Notes under the pieces: generated by a model
Told to the model about the DNA's origin: nothing
What the model saw: only the letters and a program-made list of their open reading frames with translations
Databases searched by the model: none
Shown here: positions 1 through 9,062 of the stretch, piece by piece
How the letters are laid out: every line of letters begins with the position of its first letter
How positions within the stretch are numbered: position 1 is the stretch's first letter
IMG/VR virus record: IMGVR_UViG_3300028586_000742
Span: 1-39,074 of that record
Source: a virus
Taxonomy: Duplodnaviria > Caudoviricetes
Length of the DNA stretch: 39,074 nt
Direction: 5' to 3' (one strand)
Made by a program: the position numbers and the translations under genes

Positions 1-1206
1 ATGGTAAGCTATTCCGTAAAACTTAAATGCAATTCTAACCGGGTCCAGAAAAATGGGAATGCTTCCCTTTATTTGCTGGTGATCATCAACCGGGAAAGCA
101 AACCAATCCCATTGAATCTATCGTGGCCAGCACACCTGGTTGATAACAAGGCTGGCACCATGAAGCCACGGAGCAAGCGTGATGCTGATTTCAATGATTA
201 TCAGCTGATCATCGCTAATGAGCTGCAGAAAGTAAATGAGATTTTTAAAGTGTACCGGATCCAGGATAAGGTTTTGTCGATGGATTTATTTATTGATGAA
301 CTCCGGAACATTGACTTACGCAGGGATTTTCTTGCCTACATGGAGCATAAGATAGCCGACCGGTTCAAATACAAGGAGATTTCAAATAGAACCCGCCTGA
401 ACAACATCGGCACTTTGAACCGATTAAAAAAGTTTAAGACCTCAATTCCGTTCTACACTACTGATAGGAAGCTGCTACAACGCTTCAAGGTACATCTAAG
501 CACCAGGCACAAAAACGATCATGCAACCATCTGGGGTAGGATTAAAGACATAAAAACCTACCTGCATCTCGCAATGGAGGAAGGCATCAGCTTGAATAAA
601 GATTTTGAAAACTATGTAAATACGCCACCGGCACCATCACTGACCTACCTGGAAGAGGACGAGATTAACCGGCTAACAGGATTATACCTATCCAACCGGC
701 TAGACGATCTGAGGCAGCAAACACTTAGAGCGTTTCTGTTTAGCTGCTTTACTTCGATTCGGGTGTCAGACGTTTACCGAGCGGAATGGGGCTGGGTTCA
801 GCTGAATAATGAAATGCATTTTGTGCCTTGGAAGAACAGGCGATTTAAAAAGGAGGTCCAAATACCATTATCCCGGATCGCTCAGAACTTCATTGAACGG
901 AAAACGGGAAAGTTTTTTAATCTTCCTACAGAGCAGGAGATGAACCGATCGTTGAAGGACATCGCTGCTATGGACGGGGTTAACATTAGAAAGAACCTGA
1001 CCTTCCACGTTGCGCGGCATTCCTTTGGCACCCACTACTACCGTCAAACAAAGGACGTGGTAGCTTTGCAGAAGATTATGGGACACTCCAAGATTACTAC
1101 CACAATGATCTACGTGCACGTAAATGAACAGGACAAACGCACCGGCATGGATATAATGAATGATTCATTTATGCGGAACGCTGGCTTTATGAGGCTAGTT
1201 AGTTGA
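1..1206 (+). CDS. int: Tyrosine recombinase / phage integrase
   Basis: Catalytic motifs SIRVSD (R), HVARH (HxxR), MGHS, TMIYVH (Y); N-terminal arm-binding-like region typical of Bacteroidota integrases. Confidence 0.95.
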   Translation: MVSYSVKLKCNSNRVQKNGNASLYLLVIINRESKPIPLNLSWPAHLVDNKAGTMKPRSKRDADFNDYQLIIANELQKVNEIFKVYRIQDKVLSMDLFIDELRNIDLRRDFLAYMEHKIADRFKYKEISNRTRLNNIGTLNRLKKFKTSIPFYTTDRKLLQRFKVHLSTRHKNDHATIWGRIKDIKTYLHLAMEEGISLNKDFENYVNTPPAPSLTYLEEDEINRLTGLYLSNRLDDLRQQTLRAFLFSCFTSIRVSDVYRAEWGWVQLNNEMHFVPWKNRRFKKEVQIPLSRIAQNFIERKTGKFFNLPTEQEMNRSLKDIAAMDGVNIRKNLTFHVARHSFGTHYYRQTKDVVALQKIMGHSKITTTMIYVHVNEQDKRTGMDIMNDSFMRNAGFMRLVS

Positions 1207-1260
1207 ACGCTTCTTTCAAATTTACACAAGTATATCATTCAATAGCGAAATAAAATAAAT

Positions 1261-2262
1261 ATGAAAATTAATGCATTATCTCCAGTCCTTTTCTTCCACT
1301 TTGAAGACTCTTCGAAAGGCTTCGAATTTGAAGATCTGTCTTATTTCTCCAATCCTAACCGATTGATGCCTTTCACTTCAAATCCTAGCTTAATGGCAGC
1401 TGTTGGTACAATAGACCTTAACACAATAAGAAGATTAGTAACTGTAAGTTATTCCGGAGATATTTCGTCTCTTCAAAATGGGTGGGCATTAAAGTGTCCA
1501 CATCCACATCCGATATCTGCTACGTTAAACTCCCACGTAAACAGAGCCCTAAGTTATTTATGGTTTATCAAAGACAATAGTGTATACTCGCAAAATTGTT
1601 ACGTCCACTCTCCTGAGCTAAACAATTGCTTTCGAAATGTTCGCAGTATGATGATCAGTAATTCCGCCGGGGAATATTCTGATACTTACTTTACCTTGGA
1701 TGAACTTAGCCAATTGGATGATTTGTCGAAGAGAATAAAATCAGTAAGTAGCTTTGATCCCACCAATTTAGAACCCGGCTTTCCTTTTAGCCTAGATAAT
1801 CCAGCTGTGGCATCAGCACACAATTATCAGAACTACAACAACTCAATAAACAGACTAACAAGAGCCTTAAGATTTTTAGATCTTGCACGAAGTACATCAT
1901 ACCTGCCACAGAAAATTTCATTTTATATGTCCATCTTGGAATGCTTGTTTACAACTGATAGTTCAGAAGTTACTCATAAAGTCTCAGAACGCGCTTCGTG
2001 TTTTTTGGGTGGAATCAAGAGCGACAAAAGGGATCGATTTACATATATAAAGCTAGCATACAAGATAAGGTCTACATATCTTCATGGACAGGTATTTAAG
2101 GCCGACCTTCATTCAAGAAATGAATGGGTGGTAATTTCATTAAAAATAGATAGTTTAATACGAGAGGTATTGAGAAAGATCATTTTTGGCGATCCTGCAG
2201 TTTTTCTTGAAAAGAAGAATGATCTTTTGGAGAAAATGTTTGATGAGATGTTGTTTGAATAA
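1261..2262 (+). CDS. ApeA-like HEPN domain protein (putative RNase, candidate defence moron)
   Basis: C-terminal ILECLF...KVSERAS...AYKIRSTYLHG with RxxxxH at 2068-2085; AT-rich. Confidence 0.8.
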   Translation: MKINALSPVLFFHFEDSSKGFEFEDLSYFSNPNRLMPFTSNPSLMAAVGTIDLNTIRRLVTVSYSGDISSLQNGWALKCPHPHPISATLNSHVNRALSYLWFIKDNSVYSQNCYVHSPELNNCFRNVRSMMISNSAGEYSDTYFTLDELSQLDDLSKRIKSVSSFDPTNLEPGFPFSLDNPAVASAHNYQNYNNSINRLTRALRFLDLARSTSYLPQKISFYMSILECLFTTDSSEVTHKVSERASCFLGGIKSDKRDRFTYIKLAYKIRSTYLHGQVFKADLHSRNEWVVISLKIDSLIREVLRKIIFGDPAVFLEKKNDLLEKMFDEMLFE

Positions 2263-2428
2263 GCTTAAAACTATTTTGTAAATGAGAGATAATCTGTTTC
2301 GCCTCTTCTACGGTGATAGAATATTCAACCTCCAAATCATCCTTCTCGGCGATAACTCGCATCGTGTTATCGCCAAGTATTTCATCAAAAAAGAGTTTTA
2401 CTCCGAATCTAACGAGTGATAAATACAT
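2180..2428 (-). CDS. Possible small hypothetical protein
   Basis: ATG ORF just downstream of the tape measure gene with protein-like composition, but its last 83 nt overlap the HEPN gene convergently. Confidence 0.3.
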   Translation of the reverse strand: MYLSLVRFGVKLFFDEILGDNTMRVIAEKDDLEVEYSITVEEAKQIISHLQNSFKLIQTTSHQTFSPKDHSSFQEKLQDRQK

Positions 2429-2476
2429 ATGATTAGCTAAGATAATTGGTTAAATAAAATGAATCGGAAAATATCA

Positions 2477-5410
2477 CTAAAGTGTTGCTCCTTGTTTAAT
2501 CCTAACTTGTTTAACTTCTGCAGCTTTTTCTTCCACTATTCGGTAGTTTAATTCCACAGGGATCTTATTAATTCTGGATTGTTCTTGAATAAAGGCATTA
2601 ACAGCACCGGTAAGCATTTCAATCTGCTCCCGCATGGTTGCGCTATCATCCCGGGAGGTATTGGATACTAGTGCCGATGTTGGGAGAGCAGGAGCGGTAC
2701 TGTTAGATCTGTACTGGTTTTCTGCGGTACGTGCACTAGCATTATCAACGGAATAGTTCACCGGCGTATAGAGCTTCTGACCCAAAGAAGCATTCATCAT
2801 GGACACCGTTTCCTCCGCATTATACACGTTCGCACCAGGTGCGAGATTTGCGAGCGTAGCCTTTTCTGCAAGCCATAATTTTCCCTGCTCTTCAATTAAC
2901 TCTGTACCAGCTTCACCAACGATCGCGGGTCCACCTTTGAAATTACGAACGCCGGCAGCAAATTCAGGCGGTTTCTGTGCTACGATCACAGCAAGCTGTG
3001 CCGCTGCAGCTACACCGGTAGCAATGGCTAAAGGGATATTCGGCAAAGCTTTGGTAACAGCCAACGCACCATTGATCACTGCTTGAGTAATGGCTGCCTT
3101 CTTTTCGTCCTCCCAAGCTTTCAGCTTCACCTGTTTAGCTTGTTCGTCAAACTTTTTGTTGATGGCAGCTTTCTGCTTTTCTGTTAGGTTTTTTTTACTA
3201 AGCTCAGTCTCTCTTTGCTTTTCAATGTTGCTTAATGCCAGATCAGTCTCGCGTTGCCTATTATTAGCCCCAATTTGAAACACAGCATCTGCGATTGATT
3301 GAGCACTTGAAAAAGCTGCATCCTTAATTTGCTCCTTTTTTGCTTTCTCTTTTTCTTCCTCATATTTAGCGTTTGCGAGTGCTAGTGCATCTTTTTCGAA
3401 CTGACGAGAAGCTTCAATTTTATCTATTGCCTCATAATATTCAATTGTTGAAATTACCTTATCACTGAAGTTTTTCTTCAATGCTGCAAGTTCATCATCA
3501 TATCTTTTATTAATCTCGGCCAGCTTCTTATCATCTTCATTTCCGGTCAACAGCCTATATTGACCTTCAATACGCACCTTTTCTGCTTCAAGCCGCTCTT
3601 TTTCTCTCAGTTCAGCATCTGAGAGGTCTTTTGCACGATCAATTTTAAGCTGAGCAAGCTTGCTTTCGTTGTCGGAAAACAATTGCTCCTGTTCATCATA
3701 GGTCTTATTGATAAGAGTTTGCTCTTTCTGCAGCTCCGTTTCCTTGACCTGCTGAAGCTGGGTTCGTAATTCTGTGATTTTTGCAACCATTTCCTGTTCC
3801 TGACGGACTGCGATAGTATTCAAGGCATTTTCCTTATCTCCCTTTAGCTGGGTTATGTTTGCTTCTGCCGCTTGCTTTTGTTCAGGAGCCGCAGTGGGAT
3901 GGTTTTTAAGGTAATCTTCACCTAATTTGATTAGATCATCATACTTCCGTTTTTCCTGCTCTATCTCTTTTTGGTTTTTAGAAAGCTGATCATCCAACCT
4001 TTGTAGTCCAAGCTTCTCATAGGCTTTGTCGAATTTTTCAAATTCAGAAAGTGCTTTCTTGCGTTCGGATTCCTGCTTTTTCGCCGCTTTCTCAGCTTCC
4101 TTTGCAGCCTTTTCTTTCTCCTTTGCAGCTAAATTGGTGGCTTTGGATTCTTCGGCCAGCTTCTTTTGCTCCCGATCATCTAATATTCCATTTCCAGCTT
4201 CCTTGATCATGCGAAGCTTGTCGTTGTACAGTTGGAAGGCTGCTGCACCTTCTTTCGTTGCCTTATCGACACGCTGCATTCTTCCGAGCACATCATCCTG
4301 AATAGCCAGCAGATCCTTGAAGTTTTTGGCGCTTCCGATGGAAGTATCCAGCGTACTGGAAACATTGGCAAAGGCATCCCTTTGCACCTGAGCGGTATTT
4401 GTTCCACCGTTCATTTCGGAGAATGTTCCTTTAGCACGTTCCCACAGGCTAGATCCCGGGCCACCGTACTTTTGTGCCAGGCTAAGGTTAGCCATGTATT
4501 TGCTCATGGCCGTTACCGCTTCGTTCATAATGTCGATAGCACCAGAAAACACACCCTGGGTCTCATCTCCAACAATCTTAAGCATGGACTCCCAGTTGTC
4601 GCCAAGGTTAGACACCTTGCCTGCTAGCGTTTCAGATATTCCAGCCATTGAACCAGAAATACCTTCCACATCTCCAAGGCCAACAATGTATTCGCGGATA
4701 GCTTCATTAGAATATTCTATCTCCTGCGTTATGCCTTTAAATGTCAAACGTATTTTATCGCCATCCTTTTCAGCGCGGATACCAAACTCCTTTAATCGTT
4801 CGAATTCTCCGGTTTCTGCATCCAATGCAGCTTCAATCAGCTGATCCATACTTTTACCAGTGGAAGCTGCAAGGTCACCGAGTTTTCGGAGTTCTTCCAT
4901 GGTTGGTTTAAATCCACGGTTTGCAAGCTTCACGTATGATTCTGTTATCTCATCAACTCCAAATGGGGTTTCCGATGCAAACTGCTGCAGCTGCTTCATC
5001 GCCAGTTGTGCCTGGCTTCTACTGCCAAGGGTAGTGGTCAGTACCGCTTCAAGCTTCTGGAACTTCGATGTGATTTCAAATACCTGAGCACCGATATCCT
5101 TGATCAAACCGATGCCCTCAGAAATACCTATTCCTCCAACTACACCAGCGGCAATATCCTTCCAGGACAAAGCGAGTTCTTGCGAATCGGTTACTAAACC
5201 TTTAAGCTCTTTACGACGTTCTCTTTCTGCGGTGGCGAGCATAGCACACTCTTCGGCCATCTTTTTATAGCCAGGATCAGAAGCCTTCATATTGCTTAAT
5301 AGTGCATTGTACTTCCGCTGTGAATTGGTTAAATCCTTTAGGGTAGCATCGGCTTGCTGTCCATTGATGACGAGTTTTACTACTGCTTCTGTATCGGTTC
5401 TATTAGCCAT
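2477..5410 (-). CDS. Tail tape measure protein
   Basis: 977 aa, Ala/Lys/Glu-rich helical; tape-measure signature LQQFASETPFGVDEITESYVKL...TLAGKVSNLGD; C-terminal hydrophobic stretch and VGEAGTE motif. Confidence 0.9.
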   Translation of the reverse strand: MANRTDTEAVVKLVINGQQADATLKDLTNSQRKYNALLSNMKASDPGYKKMAEECAMLATAERERRKELKGLVTDSQELALSWKDIAAGVVGGIGISEGIGLIKDIGAQVFEITSKFQKLEAVLTTTLGSRSQAQLAMKQLQQFASETPFGVDEITESYVKLANRGFKPTMEELRKLGDLAASTGKSMDQLIEAALDAETGEFERLKEFGIRAEKDGDKIRLTFKGITQEIEYSNEAIREYIVGLGDVEGISGSMAGISETLAGKVSNLGDNWESMLKIVGDETQGVFSGAIDIMNEAVTAMSKYMANLSLAQKYGGPGSSLWERAKGTFSEMNGGTNTAQVQRDAFANVSSTLDTSIGSAKNFKDLLAIQDDVLGRMQRVDKATKEGAAAFQLYNDKLRMIKEAGNGILDDREQKKLAEESKATNLAAKEKEKAAKEAEKAAKKQESERKKALSEFEKFDKAYEKLGLQRLDDQLSKNQKEIEQEKRKYDDLIKLGEDYLKNHPTAAPEQKQAAEANITQLKGDKENALNTIAVRQEQEMVAKITELRTQLQQVKETELQKEQTLINKTYDEQEQLFSDNESKLAQLKIDRAKDLSDAELREKERLEAEKVRIEGQYRLLTGNEDDKKLAEINKRYDDELAALKKNFSDKVISTIEYYEAIDKIEASRQFEKDALALANAKYEEEKEKAKKEQIKDAAFSSAQSIADAVFQIGANNRQRETDLALSNIEKQRETELSKKNLTEKQKAAINKKFDEQAKQVKLKAWEDEKKAAITQAVINGALAVTKALPNIPLAIATGVAAAAQLAVIVAQKPPEFAAGVRNFKGGPAIVGEAGTELIEEQGKLWLAEKATLANLAPGANVYNAEETVSMMNASLGQKLYTPVNYSVDNASARTAENQYRSNSTAPALPTSALVSNTSRDDSATMREQIEMLTGAVNAFIQEQSRINKIPVELNYRIVEEKAAEVKQVRIKQGATL

Positions 5411-5870
5411 TGAAAGTGATGTTATATTCTGACTGGTTGGTCATGATGTCTGAAATGTGTTTGGAAACTGCAGTATTGGTTCTGACTGCTAGCAGCTCGC
5501 GGAGCCTGTGCACCTGGTTAACCTTTTTCTTGTTGAACCAGCGAGCAGGTTTACGCGACAGGGCCGAGAGGTCGGTGCCATACTTTTTGTTAGCGGCAAG
5601 ATTTTGTTTGTTGGTAAAACGCTCGTGCGCTGAAACACCTTTGCCGACACCCATATCTCGAAGGCGCCCGTAAAATTTGAATTTTAGCATCACACCCAGC
5701 AAATCTTCGCGGTCGCGTTTTAGTTGATGTGTGAACGATCGATATAAATCATCGGTCACCCCGATTTTCTGTTTTCGGAGTTCTTTTCGCCAGGCTTCAA
5801 TGGTAAGGCGTGCCCAGCCATCGACATACCCGCGGATCTCAATCTGATCGAACAATGTTTTCTCTGCCAT
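5403..5870 (-). CDS. Putative virion morphogenesis (neck/tail completion-like) protein
   Basis: 155 aa basic protein overlapping the TMP start, with YGRLRDMGVG motif; function inferred from context. Confidence 0.55.
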   Translation of the reverse strand: MAEKTLFDQIEIRGYVDGWARLTIEAWRKELRKQKIGVTDDLYRSFTHQLKRDREDLLGVMLKFKFYGRLRDMGVGKGVSAHERFTNKQNLAANKKYGTDLSALSRKPARWFNKKKVNQVHRLRELLAVRTNTAVSKHISDIMTNQSEYNITFNG

Positions 5871-5874
5871 TCTA

Positions 5875-5912
5875 CGAAAATCCCTTTTCAGGGTGGCGTT
5901 GGAAAGGACAGG
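5875..5912 (-). promoter_or_regulatory. Putative late promoter copy 1
   Basis: - strand CCTGTCCTTT-N20-GATTTTCG, ending 4 nt before the ATG at 5870. Confidence 0.65.
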
Positions 5913-5913
5913 A

Positions 5914-5931
5914 ATCCCGCGTGTGCGGGAT
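5914..5931. terminator. Hairpin after the tail-GH10 gene
   Basis: ATCCCGC-gtgt-GCGGGAT; weak U-tract. Confidence 0.4.
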
Positions 5932-5936
5932 CCTTA

Positions 5937-8900
5937 CTAAGGTGCAACGTATGGCTGTACTGGCATATCGAGCAATGCCTGAACCGCTGGTGTAGGCGTG
6001 TAGTCTACGAAAAACAGTCCAGGGAATTCTTTGAAGGTTGGGAAGTTAATTCCACTGTCTGCGATACCTACGCACCAGGTTGTTATTCCATATAGGTTTG
6101 CACGCGGAATCACTTTCTGGGCAATCCTGTAATTTTCTGTGAAGAACATAGCATGTGCCGCTAACCTTGGTGGTGATGATCTGAAAATTTCCAGTTCAAT
6201 TTGGGTACGCGATTTGAACCGATAAACAGGATTTCCGTTGCTATCTACTTTCGGGTTGCCATTGCTGTCCAGCTCAGGGATGGGATTCCCCTGGTCATCG
6301 CGTAACCATGTTTCAGAAGTGGCCCAGGTTGGGGAAGTAGCAGAGCCTGGCTTAAGGATTACATCCAGTTCGGATATATGAATTAACAACCCTGAATTAC
6401 CTAATACCCGTAACCTGCGTTCATAATCTACCATATTCAGCGCAACACTGCTGTGCGATTGCGATCCGATCCCGTCGATTACGATCCCTCTGGTTGCCGC
6501 CTCTTTGATGTAGTTGACAACAGTAGGCCCTTTAGCATTAGAATCTTCAAAATCGAAATCATTGATGAACTGCGGAACATTCGGCATGATGCTCCTTACG
6601 GTGGAAACGGTTACATCAATCCAATCCGGAAGAACACGGCCCCAGAATGAAGATTTGAGGCCGTTCGGTCCGAAAGCCTCGTTAATGGAGTCAATTCCCG
6701 TTATTCTGTCTACATATGGAAGCAGATAGGTGAGCAGAGTTGTGATGTGATTGATAAGGAAGTCTCTAAACTGCTGTTGCGTCCATGTCCCTTCCTTATC
6801 CTTCAGAAATTGTGCATTCACATCTGCCCAAGTGATGCAGTGAATGTGGATATCCAGATCGTAAGCCACGGCTTCAGCAAGGATTGCATCAATTTCAGCG
6901 TACCTAAACTGGCCTTCCTGTGGTTGAAAGATGTGCATTTTAAAGCAGTTTTCACCGCCAATACGCCTTACATGCTTCCTGTAGGCTGATTTGTATTCAG
7001 GGGTGCGATCCTTGAAACCATCCTTCAACGTTGCGCCAACTGTAAGATCAAACTTTTCCTTTAATGCAGTAGGTGCTACAGGCGGCTCGGTTGGTGGATC
7101 CACTGGCGGTGTTACGCCTCCACCTCCACCATCAGTAGGCGGGGTAACGCTGATCGGATTTGGTCCGGGTAGATTTGCCTCTTCAAAAACGATCCAAATG
7201 CCCTGTACATCATAAGGTGAGCGTGGTAGAGTGATCAGATTTAGCCAGTAGTAACCATTGCCCATTTGAAAGTTGAATTTCATACCACCAACGATTGCAA
7301 ACCTCGGAACGCCGGAAGTAACCCGAAGTTCCCATGTCACCGGGGTAATCAGAGGCGGGGCAATCACGGTACCGCCAGTACCAAAACGATCTGTACTGAG
7401 CAGGATACTTTCCTTAAGTACGACTGATCTGCCATTTACTCTGCTGGTCCAAAGGATTTCAATGTTTACTGCAGGAAGTCTGGTTTTATCGAAAAACGCT
7501 TTGTAGGTAGCTGGAATCAATCCCGTTTTGTCGGCATCCGTTTCATTTGGATCCGGTTTGTATTCGATCAGCTGTGCATCGGTGGCGTAGGAGTTGACCA
7601 TCGTTCTGCACTGCAGGGTAGCATTAATGTAGCTGCTGTTGCCGGATGAAAGGTTATAGGGCAACTTTTCAATAAGTGCGATGGTGTAATTCCCCTCTTT
7701 GCTGAAAAAGGAGATCTTCTGGTAAATCTTAATCCGAGCAAGCAGGAAAGCCGGTATAGTCATCTTCAGCTTTACGGTCTTACTTTCGTTTTTGAACTTG
7801 TACCAGGTTGCATCATCCAGGCTCAGCTCCACCGGCTCTGCTTGTGGGAAGACCAGACCACCGGCAAGCGTTTTCATTCCGCGGTAACGCAAGAAACGTA
7901 AGGGGAATGACTCTGATCTGTTCTTATAATAGTACGTGCGCTGCTTAGTGGCCGGCATCGAATAAGTCTCGAATGTTTTCACCTTCAAGGTGGATGATTC
8001 CATGTCGATCGGCTTTTCCTTATCGCCGATGGTCAGGCGGTTTGTAGGAATGTAGGTGTTTTCGTTTTCCGCATTTGGATCAAGGAACAACTCATCATCT
8101 TCATCAGGCTTTAAAATGATTGAATAGCCGGTTACCTGCGGCACATCAATTTCGTCGATAGCAGTAACATAATCGGAGAGATCCTGCACGGTAAAGCTGT
8201 TCAGCACGCTGCTGGGCGTTACAACATTCACCTTGCCGGTTATCATATCAAAGTTGCAGCTGATCTGGAAACGCTCCTTGATTCTGATCAGGAAATCTTT
8301 CAGGGTTAGATCTTGCGGAAGGTAGGTGAACGATCCATTCATCAAAGTGCTGGACATGATCCTGGTGTAAACAAAGATTTCATCAGATTCGGAATCCTTC
8401 AGGTATTCGCCATCGATGGAAAAACCAAGGAACTCCACTACTTTCTGCAGCAGGTACTTAAGTTTGAAAAACGGGCACCAAGCTGAGGGCACAAATTTCT
8501 GTGCCGCATGATCCCATTTGTTGATCACAAACTCAGTTTCAGTTTCGCTTTCGCTCCAAGCTTCATTGTAGATTGGAAAAAAGCTATAACCATAGTCTTT
8601 CGGGTTTTTGCAAACGGCCAGCATGTGCGCTGTATCATAGGGCAGCTCCATAGCATCACCGGTGTAGATCTGGCAAAGCTTTACCTGTTTGGTTTGTTCC
8701 GATAACGCACCAAAGTTTATCCGGAACAGCGCATCGATGTCGTTGCCGGTAATTTTGTAGGTCAGCTTTCCGGTGTGTAGCGGTGTACCATCCACCAGGA
8801 GCGTAGCATCCTGAGCGTACTGCTCAATGGCCGCTTCCACCAGGTGCGCATTTTTGATGAACTCCTGATTGCCTGGGGTAAGCGGCAATTTAAATCCGTA

Positions 8901-9020
8901 GGTGACATCAGCGAAAAGCTGGGTATCTTCGTTAAACAGCGGATTGTTCCGTTCGATAGGGATGATCGTGTCGGTGTGCAGATCCGCTGTTTGAGAAAGG
9001 GCGTTTAGAAGTTGGAGCAT
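5937..9020 (-). CDS. Minor tail protein fused to a C-terminal GH10 (endo-beta-1,4-xylanase-like) domain
   Basis: N-terminal phage tail-like region; Pro/Gly linker at about 7068-7176; GH10 motifs ENCFK, HCITW, DSINEA, INDF, DGIGSQSH, IHISELDV, GITTW, PGLF. Confidence 0.85.
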   Translation of the reverse strand: MLQLLNALSQTADLHTDTIIPIERNNPLFNEDTQLFADVTYGFKLPLTPGNQEFIKNAHLVEAAIEQYAQDATLLVDGTPLHTGKLTYKITGNDIDALFRINFGALSEQTKQVKLCQIYTGDAMELPYDTAHMLAVCKNPKDYGYSFFPIYNEAWSESETETEFVINKWDHAAQKFVPSAWCPFFKLKYLLQKVVEFLGFSIDGEYLKDSESDEIFVYTRIMSSTLMNGSFTYLPQDLTLKDFLIRIKERFQISCNFDMITGKVNVVTPSSVLNSFTVQDLSDYVTAIDEIDVPQVTGYSIILKPDEDDELFLDPNAENENTYIPTNRLTIGDKEKPIDMESSTLKVKTFETYSMPATKQRTYYYKNRSESFPLRFLRYRGMKTLAGGLVFPQAEPVELSLDDATWYKFKNESKTVKLKMTIPAFLLARIKIYQKISFFSKEGNYTIALIEKLPYNLSSGNSSYINATLQCRTMVNSYATDAQLIEYKPDPNETDADKTGLIPATYKAFFDKTRLPAVNIEILWTSRVNGRSVVLKESILLSTDRFGTGGTVIAPPLITPVTWELRVTSGVPRFAIVGGMKFNFQMGNGYYWLNLITLPRSPYDVQGIWIVFEEANLPGPNPISVTPPTDGGGGGVTPPVDPPTEPPVAPTALKEKFDLTVGATLKDGFKDRTPEYKSAYRKHVRRIGGENCFKMHIFQPQEGQFRYAEIDAILAEAVAYDLDIHIHCITWADVNAQFLKDKEGTWTQQQFRDFLINHITTLLTYLLPYVDRITGIDSINEAFGPNGLKSSFWGRVLPDWIDVTVSTVRSIMPNVPQFINDFDFEDSNAKGPTVVNYIKEAATRGIVIDGIGSQSHSSVALNMVDYERRLRVLGNSGLLIHISELDVILKPGSATSPTWATSETWLRDDQGNPIPELDSNGNPKVDSNGNPVYRFKSRTQIELEIFRSSPPRLAAHAMFFTENYRIAQKVIPRANLYGITTWCVGIADSGINFPTFKEFPGLFFVDYTPTPAVQALLDMPVQPYVAP

Positions 9021-9062
9021 GGGAAGTAATCTTTTAGATGCAGGTAAGCGGCTTAGTTAATT

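Noticed and set aside
2799-5197. Many + strand ORFs opposite the tape measure gene (and similar ones opposite other long genes)
   Set aside because: Antisense shadow ORFs with Ser/Phe-biased composition
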